Assembly: GCA_963805975.1 (NCBI GenBank) | Contig: CAWDVR010000002.1 | Location: 896,001 to 960,000, forward strand | Reading direction: 5' to 3' | Length of the DNA: 64,000 nucleotides | Origin: an uncultured Acidobacteriota bacterium | GTDB lineage: Bacteria > Acidobacteriota > Thermoanaerobaculia > Multivoradales > SZUA-115 | Part shown: in pieces, positions 39,570-49,749 of the stretch | How positions within the stretch are numbered: position 1 is the first letter of the stretch | Layout of the letters: every line of letters begins with the position of its first letter | Made by a program: the position numbers and the translations under genes | The notes under the pieces: generated by a model | What the model was told of the DNA's origin: nothing | What the model saw: the letters and a program-made list of their open reading frames with translations, nothing else | The model's database searches: none

Positions 39570-42500
39570 ATGAGGAAGACGCGACAGAGACCGAAGAGGA
39601 GCCTGGTGCCCGCCGGTCCGGGCCGCGTGCTCGTGCTGACGGGTGCCCTGGCCCTCGCCGCCGGGGCCCTGGTCGCCGGGGCCATGGGTGCCGGGGCCGG
39701 AGACGCCGAGAGGCAGGGAACCACGCCGCCCCAGGGCATCCGCGACCACACGGCGACCTACGTCGCCTTCACCCACGCCACGGTGGCCGTCTCTCCCGAC
39801 AAGGTCATCGAGAACGCCACCCTGGTGGTGCGCGGCGGGCGGGTGGAAGCCGTGGGAGCGGGCCTCGCCGTGCCGCCCGGCGCGATCGAGACCGACCTCG
39901 AAGGCAAGCGGGTCTATCCCGGCTTCGTCGACCTGGTCTCCGAGTACGGCGTCGCCAAGCCGAAGGACGAGGACGCGCCGGGCCGCCGCCAGGGCCCCGG
40001 ACGGCGCCAGCGCACGCCCCAGTACGAGGGCCAGCGCGTGGGCGCCAACGCCTGGAACGACGCCATCCACGCCGAAACGGACTGGGTGGAGGCCTTCAAG
40101 CCCGACCGCAAGGCCGCCGAGGCCCTGCTCGACCGCGGCTTCACCACCGTGCAGGCGGCGCGTATGGACGGCATCTTCCGCGGCCGCGGCTTCGTGACCT
40201 CGCTCGGCGAGGGCACCCCCAACGAGGTGCTGATCGAGCCCTACGGCGCCCACTTCGCGTCCTTCGATCCCGGCAGCTCGCAACAGGAGTACCCGGGCTC
40301 GCTGATGGGCTCGATCGCGCTGGTCCGCCAGACGATCCTCGACGCGCAGTGGTACGGCAAGGCCGCGAGCGCTCTGCGGGCCAATCCCGACCAGCCGGCG
40401 CCGGAGCTCGACCGCGCGCTGGCGGCCCTCGCCGCCAACCAGAGGCCGGTGATCTTCGACACCGCCGAGGAGCTGTCGCTGCTGCGGGCCGCGCGCATCG
40501 CCAAGGAGATGGGCGTTCCCTTCCTCTACCTGGGAAGCAACTTCGAGCACCAGCGTGCCGCCGAGGTGGCGGCCCTCGGAGCACCCCTCGTCCTGCCGCT
40601 CAGCTTTCCCAAGGCGCCGCCGGTGCAGAGCTACGAGGACGGCCTCGACGTCAGCCTGGCCGACCTGCGGCACTGGGAGCGCGCGCCCTCGACCGCGGCG
40701 CTCCTCGACGCCAAGGGCGTGCGCTTCGCCTTTACCAGTTTCAAACTGCGCGACGGCGAGGACTTCTGGGACAACCTGAGGAAAGCGGTACGCCGCGGGC
40801 TGCCGAAGGAGAAGGCCCTGGCGGCGCTGACCACCGTGCCCGCCGATCTCGCCGGCCTCGGACGCGAGGTCGGAAGCCTCGAGCCCGGCCGGCGGGCCGA
40901 CTTCTTCGTCGCCGATCGCGACCCGTTCAGCGAACGGGCGAAGCTGCTGGCGGTGTACGTCGGCGGCCGGGTGGCCAAGGAGATGACGCCGGTCGACGCC
41001 GTCGATTTCCGCGGCGGCTGGCGCTTCCCGCTCGACGGCAAGGACTACGAGCTGTCGCTCACCGGCGAGAGCGAGCGCCTGCGGGGCAAGGTGTTCGCCG
41101 GCGAACAGACCACCGACGTCGAGAACCTGCACGTCTCGCCGCAGATCGCTTCCTTCTCCGCCAACCTCGGTACGCCGGCCGCACCGGCGCAGGCGCGCTT
41201 CACCGTGCGCTCGATCGGTGGCGAGCTGGTCGGCCAGGCCAGCCTGGCCGATGGCCGCCGCGTGAGCTTCACGCCGGTGCGCCTCGAGGCGGCGCGGGCG
41301 GCGAGCGGGGGTGGCGGCGGGGATCGCTGGGAGCAGCGGTCGGAGGAGCGGCGCAAGAAGGAGGCGGAGGTGGACGCCAGGCCGCTCGTCTCCCGGCAGA
41401 CCGCGCCCAACGCCGCCTTCGGGTTCATCGAGCGGCCGACCCGCGAGAACGTGCTGATCAAGAACGCCACGGTGTGGACCAACGAGGCCGAGGGCGTGCT
41501 CGAGGGGGCGGACGTGCTGATCTCCGCCGGCAAGATCGCGGCCGTGGGCCGGGGGCTCACCGCGCCGGCCGGCACGCGGGTGATCGACGGCACCGGCAAG
41601 CACGTCAGCGCCGGCATCATCGACGAGCACTCGCACCTCGCCATCTCGCGCGGCGTCAACGAAGGCAGCCACGCGATCACCGCCGAGGTGCGGATCGGCG
41701 ACGTGGTGGACCCCGACGACGTGGGCGTCTACCGCGCGCTCGCCGGCGGCGTGACCGCGGCGCAGCTCCTCCACGGCTCGGCCAACCCGATCGGCGGGCA
41801 GGCTCAGGTGATCAAGATGCGCTGGGGGGCCTCGTCGGAGGACATGAAGCTCGAAGGCGCGCCGCCCACCATCAAGTTCGCGCTGGGCGAGAACGTCAAG
41901 CAGTCGAACTGGGGCACGGAGAACAACCGCTACCCGCAGACGCGGATGGGCGTCGAGTCGCTGATGAAGGACGCCTTCCTCGCCGCCCGCGAGTACGGCG
42001 AGCGGCACCGGCGCTACCAGGCCCTGCCAGCGGCGGAGCGCCAGAAGACCGTGCCGCCACGCCGCGACCTGACGCTCGAGACCCTACTCGACATCCTCGA
42101 GTCCAAGCGCTTCGTGCACTGCCACTCCTACGTGCAGAGCGAGATCCTGATGCTGATCCGCCTGGCCGAGGAGCTGGGCTTCAAGGTGCAGAACTTCACC
42201 CACATCCTCGAGGGCTACAAGGTGGCCCCCGAGATGGCGGCGCACGGCACCACGGCCTCGTCCTTCGCCGACTGGTGGGCCTACAAGTTCGAGGTCTACG
42301 ACGCCATCCCCTACAACACCTGCCTGATGGCCAAGGCCGGGGTCGTCACCTCGATCAACTCGGACTCCGAGGAATCGATCCGCCGGCTGAACCAGGAAGC
42401 GGCGAAGTCGGTGATGTACTGCGACATGGAGCCCGCCGAGGCGCTGAAGCTCGCGACGCTCAACCCCGCCATCCAGCTCAAGATCGACCACCGCACCGGC

Positions 42501-42788
42501 AGCCTCAAGGCGGGCAAGGACGCGGACTTCGTGATCTGGAACGACAACCCGCTGTCGATCTACGCCCGCGCGGTCGAGACCTGGGTGGACGGCGTGCTGA
42601 TGTTCACGCTCGAGCGCGACGCGGCGCTGCGCCAGGCGGACGCCGCCGAGCGCCAGGCCCTGATCGACAAGGTGCTGGCCTCGGGCGAGGAACAGGGGCG
42701 TTCCGAGTGGAGCATGCGGCGCAACGAGAAAGACTGGCACTGCGACGACGTGGAGGACGTGTGGCATGCGCGCTATGAAGATCGATAA
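39570..42788 (+). CDS. Secreted double-domain amidohydrolase
   Basis: N-terminal domain lacks HxH (GFVDLVSE); C-terminal domain has IDEHSH, IKFALGEN, HCHSY, THILEG, NSDS. Confidence 0.9.
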   Translation: MRKTRQRPKRSLVPAGPGRVLVLTGALALAAGALVAGAMGAGAGDAERQGTTPPQGIRDHTATYVAFTHATVAVSPDKVIENATLVVRGGRVEAVGAGLAVPPGAIETDLEGKRVYPGFVDLVSEYGVAKPKDEDAPGRRQGPGRRQRTPQYEGQRVGANAWNDAIHAETDWVEAFKPDRKAAEALLDRGFTTVQAARMDGIFRGRGFVTSLGEGTPNEVLIEPYGAHFASFDPGSSQQEYPGSLMGSIALVRQTILDAQWYGKAASALRANPDQPAPELDRALAALAANQRPVIFDTAEELSLLRAARIAKEMGVPFLYLGSNFEHQRAAEVAALGAPLVLPLSFPKAPPVQSYEDGLDVSLADLRHWERAPSTAALLDAKGVRFAFTSFKLRDGEDFWDNLRKAVRRGLPKEKALAALTTVPADLAGLGREVGSLEPGRRADFFVADRDPFSERAKLLAVYVGGRVAKEMTPVDAVDFRGGWRFPLDGKDYELSLTGESERLRGKVFAGEQTTDVENLHVSPQIASFSANLGTPAAPAQARFTVRSIGGELVGQASLADGRRVSFTPVRLEAARAASGGGGGDRWEQRSEERRKKEAEVDARPLVSRQTAPNAAFGFIERPTRENVLIKNATVWTNEAEGVLEGADVLISAGKIAAVGRGLTAPAGTRVIDGTGKHVSAGIIDEHSHLAISRGVNEGSHAITAEVRIGDVVDPDDVGVYRALAGGVTAAQLLHGSANPIGGQAQVIKMRWGASSEDMKLEGAPPTIKFALGENVKQSNWGTENNRYPQTRMGVESLMKDAFLAAREYGERHRRYQALPAAERQKTVPPRRDLTLETLLDILESKRFVHCHSYVQSEILMLIRLAEELGFKVQNFTHILEGYKVAPEMAAHGTTASSFADWWAYKFEVYDAIPYNTCLMAKAGVVTSINSDSEESIRRLNQEAAKSVMYCDMEPAEALKLATLNPAIQLKIDHRTGSLKAGKDADFVIWNDNPLSIYARAVETWVDGVLMFTLERDAALRQADAAERQALIDKVLASGEEQGRSEWSMRRNEKDWHCDDVEDVWHARYEDR

Positions 42789-44205
42789 CCGAAGAATGGA
42801 CGAGGGCAGGCAGGCTCTCCTGCTGCGGTGCTCGAGCTCCCTTTGGGCGGCCTGCGCTCCTCGCAGGAGAGCCTGCCTGCCCGGACCCGCGGCCCAGTGG
42901 AGCCTCCTCACCACACTGTTGTTGGTGGTGGCGGGGGTTACCTCTGCGCACGACCAGGTGCCCGGCGCCAAACAGACGAAGCCCGTGCTGCTCAAGGGCG
43001 GCGACCTCTACACCGTCTCCTCGGGCGTGCTGCCGGCAACCGACCTGCTGTTCGACGGCGGGCGCATCACGGCGATCGGCAAGAACCTCGCAGTGCCGGC
43101 CGGCGCCGAGGTGGTGGACGTCGCCGGCCAGCGCGTCTACCCAGGGCTGATCGCGCCGCACACCACTCTCGGCCTGATCGAGATCAACGCCGTGCGCGCC
43201 ACCAACGACCAGGCCGAGGTCGGCGGCGTGACCCCCGAGGTGGCGGCGCACGTGGCCTTCAACCCGGACTCGGAGCTGCTCCCCGTCACCCGCGCCAACG
43301 GCATCACCACGGTACAGGTGTCTCCGGCGGGTGGGCTGATCACCGGGCGCAGCTTCCTCGTGCACCTCGACGGCTGGACCCGCGAGGACGCGGCGGCGAA
43401 GCTGATCGACGGCCTGGAGGTGGTCTGGCCGGCCGCCGCCGTGGTGCAGGCGCCGTGGATGCGGCAGCCGGTCGACGACCAGAAGAAGGAGATGGCCGAG
43501 GCGCGGCGCACCCTGCGCCAGGCCTTCGCCGACGCCCGCAACTATCACCTCGCCCGCGCGGCCGGCAAGGCGACGACGATCGACTCGCGCTGGGAGGCCA
43601 TGCGGCCGATCTGGAACGGCGAGATGCCGGTCTACGTGGCGGCCGACGACTACCGGCAGATCGTCGAGGCGGTGGCCTTCGCCAAGGAGCAGAAGCTCCG
43701 CATGGTGCTGGTCGGCGGGCGCGAGTCCTACCTCGCCGCCGACCTGCTGAAGCAGCACGACATCCCGGTGATCGTCAGCTCGACCACCGCCGTTCCCCTG
43801 CGTCCGGACGACGACTACGACCTGCCCTTCAAGCTCCCGGCCCTGCTGCATCAGGCCGGCGTGCGCTTCTGCATCTCCCACCTCGAAGGCTCGGCCTGGG
43901 ACCAGCGCAACCTGCCGCTCGAGGCTGGCTACGCCGCGGCCTTCGGCCTGCCCAAGGACGTGGCACTGGCCTCGATCACGCTCTCCACGGCCAAGATCCT
44001 GGGCCTGGCGGACGAGCAAGGCTCCCTCGAGGTAGGCAAGAGCGCCACCCTCTTCGTGTCGCGCGGCGACGTGATGGACATGCTGGGCCAGAAGGTGACG
44101 CGGATGTGGATCGAGGGCCGCACCGTGGACCTCGACAACCGCCACAAGATGCTCGAGCGGAAGTACCGGGAAAAAATCGAGCGCGCCGCGGCGGCGCGGG
44201 AGTAG
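42766..44205 (+). CDS. Amidohydrolase-fold partner protein with degenerate metal ligands
   Basis: VYPGLIAPHTTLGLIEI, RANGIT, RNLPLEAG, GSLEVGKSATLF; overlaps the upstream gene by 23 nt. Confidence 0.87.
   Translation: MRAMKIDNRRMDEGRQALLLRCSSSLWAACAPRRRACLPGPAAQWSLLTTLLLVVAGVTSAHDQVPGAKQTKPVLLKGGDLYTVSSGVLPATDLLFDGGRITAIGKNLAVPAGAEVVDVAGQRVYPGLIAPHTTLGLIEINAVRATNDQAEVGGVTPEVAAHVAFNPDSELLPVTRANGITTVQVSPAGGLITGRSFLVHLDGWTREDAAAKLIDGLEVVWPAAAVVQAPWMRQPVDDQKKEMAEARRTLRQAFADARNYHLARAAGKATTIDSRWEAMRPIWNGEMPVYVAADDYRQIVEAVAFAKEQKLRMVLVGGRESYLAADLLKQHDIPVIVSSTTAVPLRPDDDYDLPFKLPALLHQAGVRFCISHLEGSAWDQRNLPLEAGYAAAFGLPKDVALASITLSTAKILGLADEQGSLEVGKSATLFVSRGDVMDMLGQKVTRMWIEGRTVDLDNRHKMLERKYREKIERAAAARE
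42804..42882. repeat. Perfect 20-bp inverted repeat inside the 5' end of a CDS
   Basis: gggcaggcaggctctcctgc (42804-42823) pairs with gcaggagagcctgcctgccc (42863-42882). Confidence 0.85.
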
Positions 44206-44356
44206 CGGCAGCGCGGCTCCGCGCCCTGGCTCCCAACCGGCCAGCCCCGCGCTGGCGGGGCGGGGCCCGCCTCACTGCCTTGTCACGTCCATGCCGGGCT
44301 CAAACCAGGGCCCTGGCAGCGGCCGGTGTCGTCCCGGCCGCCACAGAGCGAACCTT

Positions 44357-44384
44357 GGAATATTTCAGCGTGGGCGCTCGTACT
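44357..44384 (+). promoter_or_regulatory. Possible ECF-sigma type promoter
   Basis: GGAATA-N16-TCGTAC upstream of the gene at 44506; resembles the GGAA../CGT ECF consensus. Confidence 0.25.
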
Positions 44385-44505
44385 CCCCGATATCGTCGCC
44401 GCTCTTCGAAACGGCGGGGGCGCTTCGCCTCAACCAGGTTCTCGCAGGGCATCGCACGGCCCGCGCGGGTCCACCTCTCCCGGCGCGACTCCCAGGAGAC
44501 CTGAT

Positions 44506-46243
44506 ATGACCATCGCTCAGACCGACGAACCGACTCCTCGGAAGCCGCTCCGGCTGTGGCCCGGCGTGGTCGCCGTGGTGCTGCAGTGGCTGCTCTGGTT
44601 CGTCGTCCCCATCGTCGCGCCCGATGCCGCCATGTTCGCGATGCTTGGCGGAGTCGCCTGCGGGTTGGCTGTCGTCGTGTGGTGGCTGTTCTTCAGCCGG
44701 GCGCCCTGGTCCGAGCGCTTGGGCGCCTTCGTCGCTGATGATCGTCGCGGTGGTCGCGACACGCGCCATCCTCCACGAGTCGATTGCGACCGGGGCGATG
44801 GGGATGATGTTCTCCATCTACGCCATCCCGGTCCTGAGCCTCGCGTTGGTCGCCTGGGCGGTGGCCAGCCGTCGCCTCTCTGCCGGACCTCGGCGCGCGG
44901 CGATGGTCGCGGCCATCCTGCTCGCGTGCGGAGTGTGGACGCTCCTGCGGACCGGTGGCATCAGCGGCGGCGGTGCCCAGATTTCGCCTGGCGGTGGTCG
45001 ACCGACTCCCGAGGAACGGCTCCTGGCCCAAGCCGGCAAGACGAGCCGACGGCGCCGCCGCCCGGCTCCGGCAGCGGCGGGAGACAGGAGCCGACTGGCC
45101 CGGCTTTCGCGGACCGGATCGCGACGGCATCGTCCGCGGCGTGCGGATCGAGACCGACTGGTCGAAGTCGCCGCCGGTCGAGCTGTGGCGCCGGCCGATC
45201 GGACCGGGCTGGTCGTCCTTCGCGGTCCACGGCAACCTCCTCTACACCCAGGAGCAGCGCGGTGACGACGAGGTCGTCGCCTGCTACAAGCTGACCACCG
45301 GCGAGCCGGTGTGGAGACACCGCGACGCGGCCCGGTTCTGGGAGTCGAATGCCGGCGCCGGTCCGCGCGCGACGCCGACCCTCAGCAACGGCCGCGTCTA
45401 CACGCTCGGTGGCGACCGGAATCCTGAACGCGCTCGACGCCGGCGACGGCTCCGTCGTGTGGTCGCGCAACGCGGCGGCCGACACCGGCGCGAAGCTCCC
45501 GGATCTGGGGCTTCTCGAGCTCGCCGCTGGTGGTCGGCGACCTCGTCATCGTCGCCGCCTCCGGCACGCTCGCCGCCTACGACCTCGCCACCGGCGATCC
45601 GCGCTGGCTCGGCCCGGCCGGCGGCGCGAGCTACAGCTCGCCACATCTCGCGACGATCGACGGAGTCGCGCAGGTCCTGCTGCTGAACGGCGCCGGCGCG
45701 ACCAGCGTCGCGCCGGCCGACGGCACGCTGCTCTGGGAGCACGCGTGGCCGGGCGACCCCATCGTGCAGCCGGCCCTGACCGCGGACGGCGACGTCCTGA
45801 TCAGCGTCGAGCGACCGGAAGCGGCACTGCGCCGCCTCGCGGTCGCGCACGGACCCGGCGGATGGACCGCCGAGGAGCGCTGGACGTCGATCGGGCTGAA
45901 GCCCTACTTCAACGACTTCGTCGTTCACAAGGGCCATGCCTTCGGCTTCGACGGCAGCATGCTCGCGTGCATCGACCTCGAGGACGGCAAGCGCAAGTGG
46001 AAGGGCGGACGCTACGGCCACGGCCAGCTCGTCCTGTTGCCCGACCAGGACTTGCTGCTGGTGCTGTCGGAGAAGGGTGAGCTGGCGCTGGTCGCGGCGA
46101 CCCCCGACCAGTTCACGGAGCTCGCGCGGCTCCCGGCGATCGAGGGCAAGACCTGGAACCACCCGGTGCTGGTCGGCGACGTCCTGCTGGTTCGCAACGA
46201 CCAGGAGATGGTCGCGTTCCGGCTGTCCCTCGCGGGCGGCTGA
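44506..46243 (+). pseudogene. Membrane-anchored PQQ-like beta-propeller protein with multiple frameshifts (pseudogene or assembly errors)
   Basis: Pieces in all three frames: PLRLWPG.., MIVAVVATR.., [51 protein letters not shown]. Single-base indels near 44734, 44978, 45001, 45039-45080, 45411 and 45502. Confidence 0.8.
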
Positions 46244-46249
46244 CCCGCC

Positions 46250-48025
46250 CTACTCCGCCACCGGCACTTCGAGCACGCTGGGGTGGGCCGTGTCGTGGAA
46301 GAGCTGGACGTTGGCCGCCCGGATGTCGGCCGCGGTCTCGTGACCGATCTTGCCGCCGGAGTTGAAGTTGCGCTGGAAGTCGGGTGAGTCGACGGGGCCG
46401 ACCATCAGGCGCAGGCGGGTGCCGGCGGGGAGGCGCCGGACGGTGAACCAGAAGCTGTCGAAGATGTAGGGCAGCACGGCGCCCGCGGGCACGGGCCTGG
46501 CCTCGCTCGGGCCCTCGCGGTAGCGGGCGCGCACCATGTCCCAGCCCAGGAGCAGGCTCCGGCCCGTGGGCTCTATGGCCCAGACCCCCGCCGCGAGGTC
46601 AGTGTCCGGCACGTCGAGCGCCACGTAGAGCGTGAGCTTCATGTTGCCGGCGAGGGTCGCCGGCTCGGCGAGCGGGGCGCTGTGGTAGACGAGCCGCCCC
46701 TTGCGGAAGGCGTCGCGCGAGTCGAGGTTGTAGTCCTCGACCTCGTCCAGGTAGCCCTCGGCCGTCGCCCTGTCCTGCGGGTCGTAGCGGAAGGCGTCCG
46801 GCGACTGGCGCTCGCGCGGCGCGCCCTCGAGGTAGCCGGAGTGGAAGGGGTCGCCGGCACGGCCGCCGTCCGAGGCCAGGTAGAAGCGCAACGTGCCCTT
46901 GGCGAGCGCCTCGAGGCTGGGCGCCCCCCGCCACTCGTCGGCGCCCATCACGTAATAGGTCACCTGGTCCTTGATCGCCGGCGGGCGCGACTTACCGCGC
47001 AGCAGGGAGTCGTACCAGTCGACGTGGAGCTGGTCGAGGTCGAGGACCGCGTGCTCCGGGAACTCGAAGCCGCCGAGCTCTTGCTTCGGATAGCGGGTGC
47101 CGGCGTGGTCCCAGGGGCCGAGCAGCAGGTAGTGCTTGCCGCGCGCTGCGGCCGAGGCGTGCTGCAGGTGCTCGCGGTAGTAGCGCAGCGCGCCCGGCTG
47201 GTCGCCGTCGAAGTAGCCGGTGATCGAGAGGATCGGCAGGTCCATCGCCCGGTAGTCCTCGGGCGTCGGGTTGTGCCCCTGCCAGAAGGCGTCGTAGGCG
47301 GGGTGCTCGAGCCAGCGGTCGAAGATCCGGGTGTCGATCCCCGAGCGCTTGGCGAGCTCCGCGAAGGGCGCCAGGTCCTGGTAGAGGCGCAGGAACTTGC
47401 GGTGCCAGTAGCCGTCGTCGCCAAAGAGCTCGCGGTTCGAGACGTGGCCCTGGGTGAAGGCGAGCCATTGCGCCATGTAACTGATGAAGACGCCCTTGGC
47501 CTGTGGGTAGTCGTGGCCGGGATAGACAGCCGCGGTGGGCACCACGGCCGCGAGGCCCGGCGGGTTCTCGGCCAGGGTCTGCCACTGCGTCATGCCGCGG
47601 TAGGAGCCGCCGCGCATCACCACCCGGCCGTCGCTCCACGGCTGGCGGCGGATCCAGGCGACCACCGCCGCACCGTCGGGCCCGTTGCCGAACAACGGGT
47701 TGAACTCGCCGTCCGAGCCGCCGCGCCCGCGACGGTCGACGCTCACGTAGACGTAGCCGGCCGCGACGAACTTCCAGGCCCGCTTCTGCTGCTCGTCGTT
47801 GACGTAGGGCGTGAGCACGAAGATCGCGGGGAGCGGTTCCCTCTGGTTCGCCGGCCTCCAGATGCGCGCCGAGAGCTCGATGCCGTCGGGCATCGGGATG
47901 CGCTGGTCCACCACCAGGTCGATCTCGGTGTCTTTCGGGTCGGGGCCGGCTTCCCGAGCCGCGGCGGGAGAGAGGGCGCCCAGCGTGAAGAGGAGGGCGA
48001 GGGCGAGGATCTTCCGCTGCTTCAT
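46250..48025 (-). CDS. CocE/NonD family serine hydrolase, secreted
   Basis: IPMPDG..LSA, TPY, DRRGRGGSDG, GGSYRG nucleophile, GYFD, GPWDH; ATGA overlap with the upstream M20 gene. Confidence 0.92.
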   Translation of the reverse strand: MKQRKILALALLFTLGALSPAAAREAGPDPKDTEIDLVVDQRIPMPDGIELSARIWRPANQREPLPAIFVLTPYVNDEQQKRAWKFVAAGYVYVSVDRRGRGGSDGEFNPLFGNGPDGAAVVAWIRRQPWSDGRVVMRGGSYRGMTQWQTLAENPPGLAAVVPTAAVYPGHDYPQAKGVFISYMAQWLAFTQGHVSNRELFGDDGYWHRKFLRLYQDLAPFAELAKRSGIDTRIFDRWLEHPAYDAFWQGHNPTPEDYRAMDLPILSITGYFDGDQPGALRYYREHLQHASAAARGKHYLLLGPWDHAGTRYPKQELGGFEFPEHAVLDLDQLHVDWYDSLLRGKSRPPAIKDQVTYYVMGADEWRGAPSLEALAKGTLRFYLASDGGRAGDPFHSGYLEGAPRERQSPDAFRYDPQDRATAEGYLDEVEDYNLDSRDAFRKGRLVYHSAPLAEPATLAGNMKLTLYVALDVPDTDLAAGVWAIEPTGRSLLLGWDMVRARYREGPSEARPVPAGAVLPYIFDSFWFTVRRLPAGTRLRLMVGPVDSPDFQRNFNSGGKIGHETAADIRAANVQLFHDTAHPSVLEVPVAE

Positions 48026-49611
48026 CGTGGGTTGGTCTCCGAAGGGCCGTCGCCGGGCGGCATGGTCAGGATGGCGGCGATCGAGGTGATGCCCTGCCAC
48101 AGGTGGCCGAGCCGCAGGTTCTCGTTCTCTTCGTGCTGGTTGTTGTCGAAGTTCACGATCGGCAGGAGCGCCGCCGGGAAGCCCAGCGCCTCGATGAACG
48201 GCGCGATCGGCACCGTGCCGCCCAGCGTGCGGAGGACGACCGGCTTCTCCCCCCAGGCGCGCTCGAGCGCCGCGATCAGCCGCTGCGAGCCCGGCGCCAC
48301 CGGCGAGGTACGGAAGGCGTTCGTGCCCTGCCCCGCCACCAGCCGGGCGAGCCGGGGATGGCGCGCACGGGTGGCGTCGTCGGGGTCCTCGTCCACCAGG
48401 TGGAAGCCCCGCGCTACCACGTGCTCGCGCAGCCGGCGCACCATGTCGTCGGCCCTCGTTTCCTGGACCAGCCGGATGTCGATCTCGGCCACCGCGCGGT
48501 CCGGGATGATGGTGCGCGCCTCGGCCCCGACGTAGGCGCTGGCCAAGCCCCGGATGTTCAACGTCGGGCGCAGCAGGGCCTGCTGCAGGGTGAGCCCCGG
48601 CTTCTCCGGCGCGGCGATGCCGAAGGTCCGGAGCAGCCGCTCCGGCTCCTCGGGCACGGCGGCGAGCAGGGCCTCTTCCTCGGCGGTGAGCCGCACCAGG
48701 TCGTCGTAGAAACCCGCGACCTTCACCTCGCCGCTCTCGTCCTTCATCGAGACCAGGAGATGAGCAAGGGCGAGGGCGGGGTTCGGCACCCAGTTGCCGT
48801 AGTTGCCGCTGTGCACGCCGACCTTCGGGCCGTAGACGGTGAGCTGCGCGGTGACGATGCCGCGCGCGCCGAAGACCAGCGTCGGCTGGCCGGTGAAGTA
48901 GGCCGGGCCGTCGAGGATCAGCATCAGGTCGGCCGCGAGCCGGTCGCGATAGCGGGCGATGGCCGGCACCAGGCTCGGGCTGCTGGCCTCCTCCTCGCCG
49001 TCCAGGACCACCCGCAGGTTCGAGGTGAGAGCGAAGCCGGAAGCCCGCACGGCGTCGATCGCCGCCAGCAGGGCGACGATCGGCCCCTTGTCGTCCGAGG
49101 CCGAGCGCGCGTAGAGGCGCCAGTCCGGCTCGAAGCTCGTGCGTTCGCGGAGGCCCGCGATCTCCTGGGCTCCCTGGTCCACCCGCCCCCCCTCGAGACG
49201 CCCGGAGCGCAGCACCGGCTGCCAGGGGCTTTCCTGCTGCCAGCGCGCGGGGTCGACCGGCTGGCCGTCGTAGTGGCAGTAGAGGAGGAGGGTGCGGGAG
49301 GCGCCCGGCACCCGGAGCTCCCCGTAGACCAGAGGGTTGCCGTCGGTCTCCAGCACCTCGGCCGCAAAGCCGCGCCGGGCGAGCAGGCCGGTGAGGAGCT
49401 CGGCATTCCTGCGGATGTTGGCGCGGTCGGCCGCGACGTTGGGAAGGGTCAGGAGCTGGACCAGCTCGCCCACGATGGCCTGCTGGTGGGCGGCGGTGTA
49501 GGTCTCCACTCGGGCGCGGAGGTCGGCCGGCTGGGCCGCGGCGAAGCCCGGGCCAACGATCAACGCACCGACGGCGCAACCCGTGATTTGCAGTGTTCTG
49601 AAAGCTTGCAC
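48022..49611 (-). CDS. M20/M25/M40 family metallopeptidase, secreted
   Basis: GTG start after GGAGGAGG; YCHYDGQP, ARSASDDKG, DGEEE, HSGNYG, GGTVP, NQHEENE. Confidence 0.92.
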   Translation of the reverse strand: MQAFRTLQITGCAVGALIVGPGFAAAQPADLRARVETYTAAHQQAIVGELVQLLTLPNVAADRANIRRNAELLTGLLARRGFAAEVLETDGNPLVYGELRVPGASRTLLLYCHYDGQPVDPARWQQESPWQPVLRSGRLEGGRVDQGAQEIAGLRERTSFEPDWRLYARSASDDKGPIVALLAAIDAVRASGFALTSNLRVVLDGEEEASSPSLVPAIARYRDRLAADLMLILDGPAYFTGQPTLVFGARGIVTAQLTVYGPKVGVHSGNYGNWVPNPALALAHLLVSMKDESGEVKVAGFYDDLVRLTAEEEALLAAVPEEPERLLRTFGIAAPEKPGLTLQQALLRPTLNIRGLASAYVGAEARTIIPDRAVAEIDIRLVQETRADDMVRRLREHVVARGFHLVDEDPDDATRARHPRLARLVAGQGTNAFRTSPVAPGSQRLIAALERAWGEKPVVLRTLGGTVPIAPFIEALGFPAALLPIVNFDNNQHEENENLRLGHLWQGITSIAAILTMPPGDGPSETNPR

Positions 49612-49749
49612 CGCTCCTCCTCCGATCCGTGTAGTAAGTCTTCCACAGACGCCGGTGCCTTGGCGAGGTGGAAAGGCTCTTTCTACAGCGAACCGGCTAT
49701 CTACTACTATGATAGGAGTATCCGCTCGACCCGTTCCTGCAAGGAGACG

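Noticed and set aside
44206-44505. 300-nt intergenic region as a riboswitch or ncRNA
   Set aside because: Only generic GC hairpins are visible and I recognise no conserved aptamer motif; a covariance-model search would be needed.
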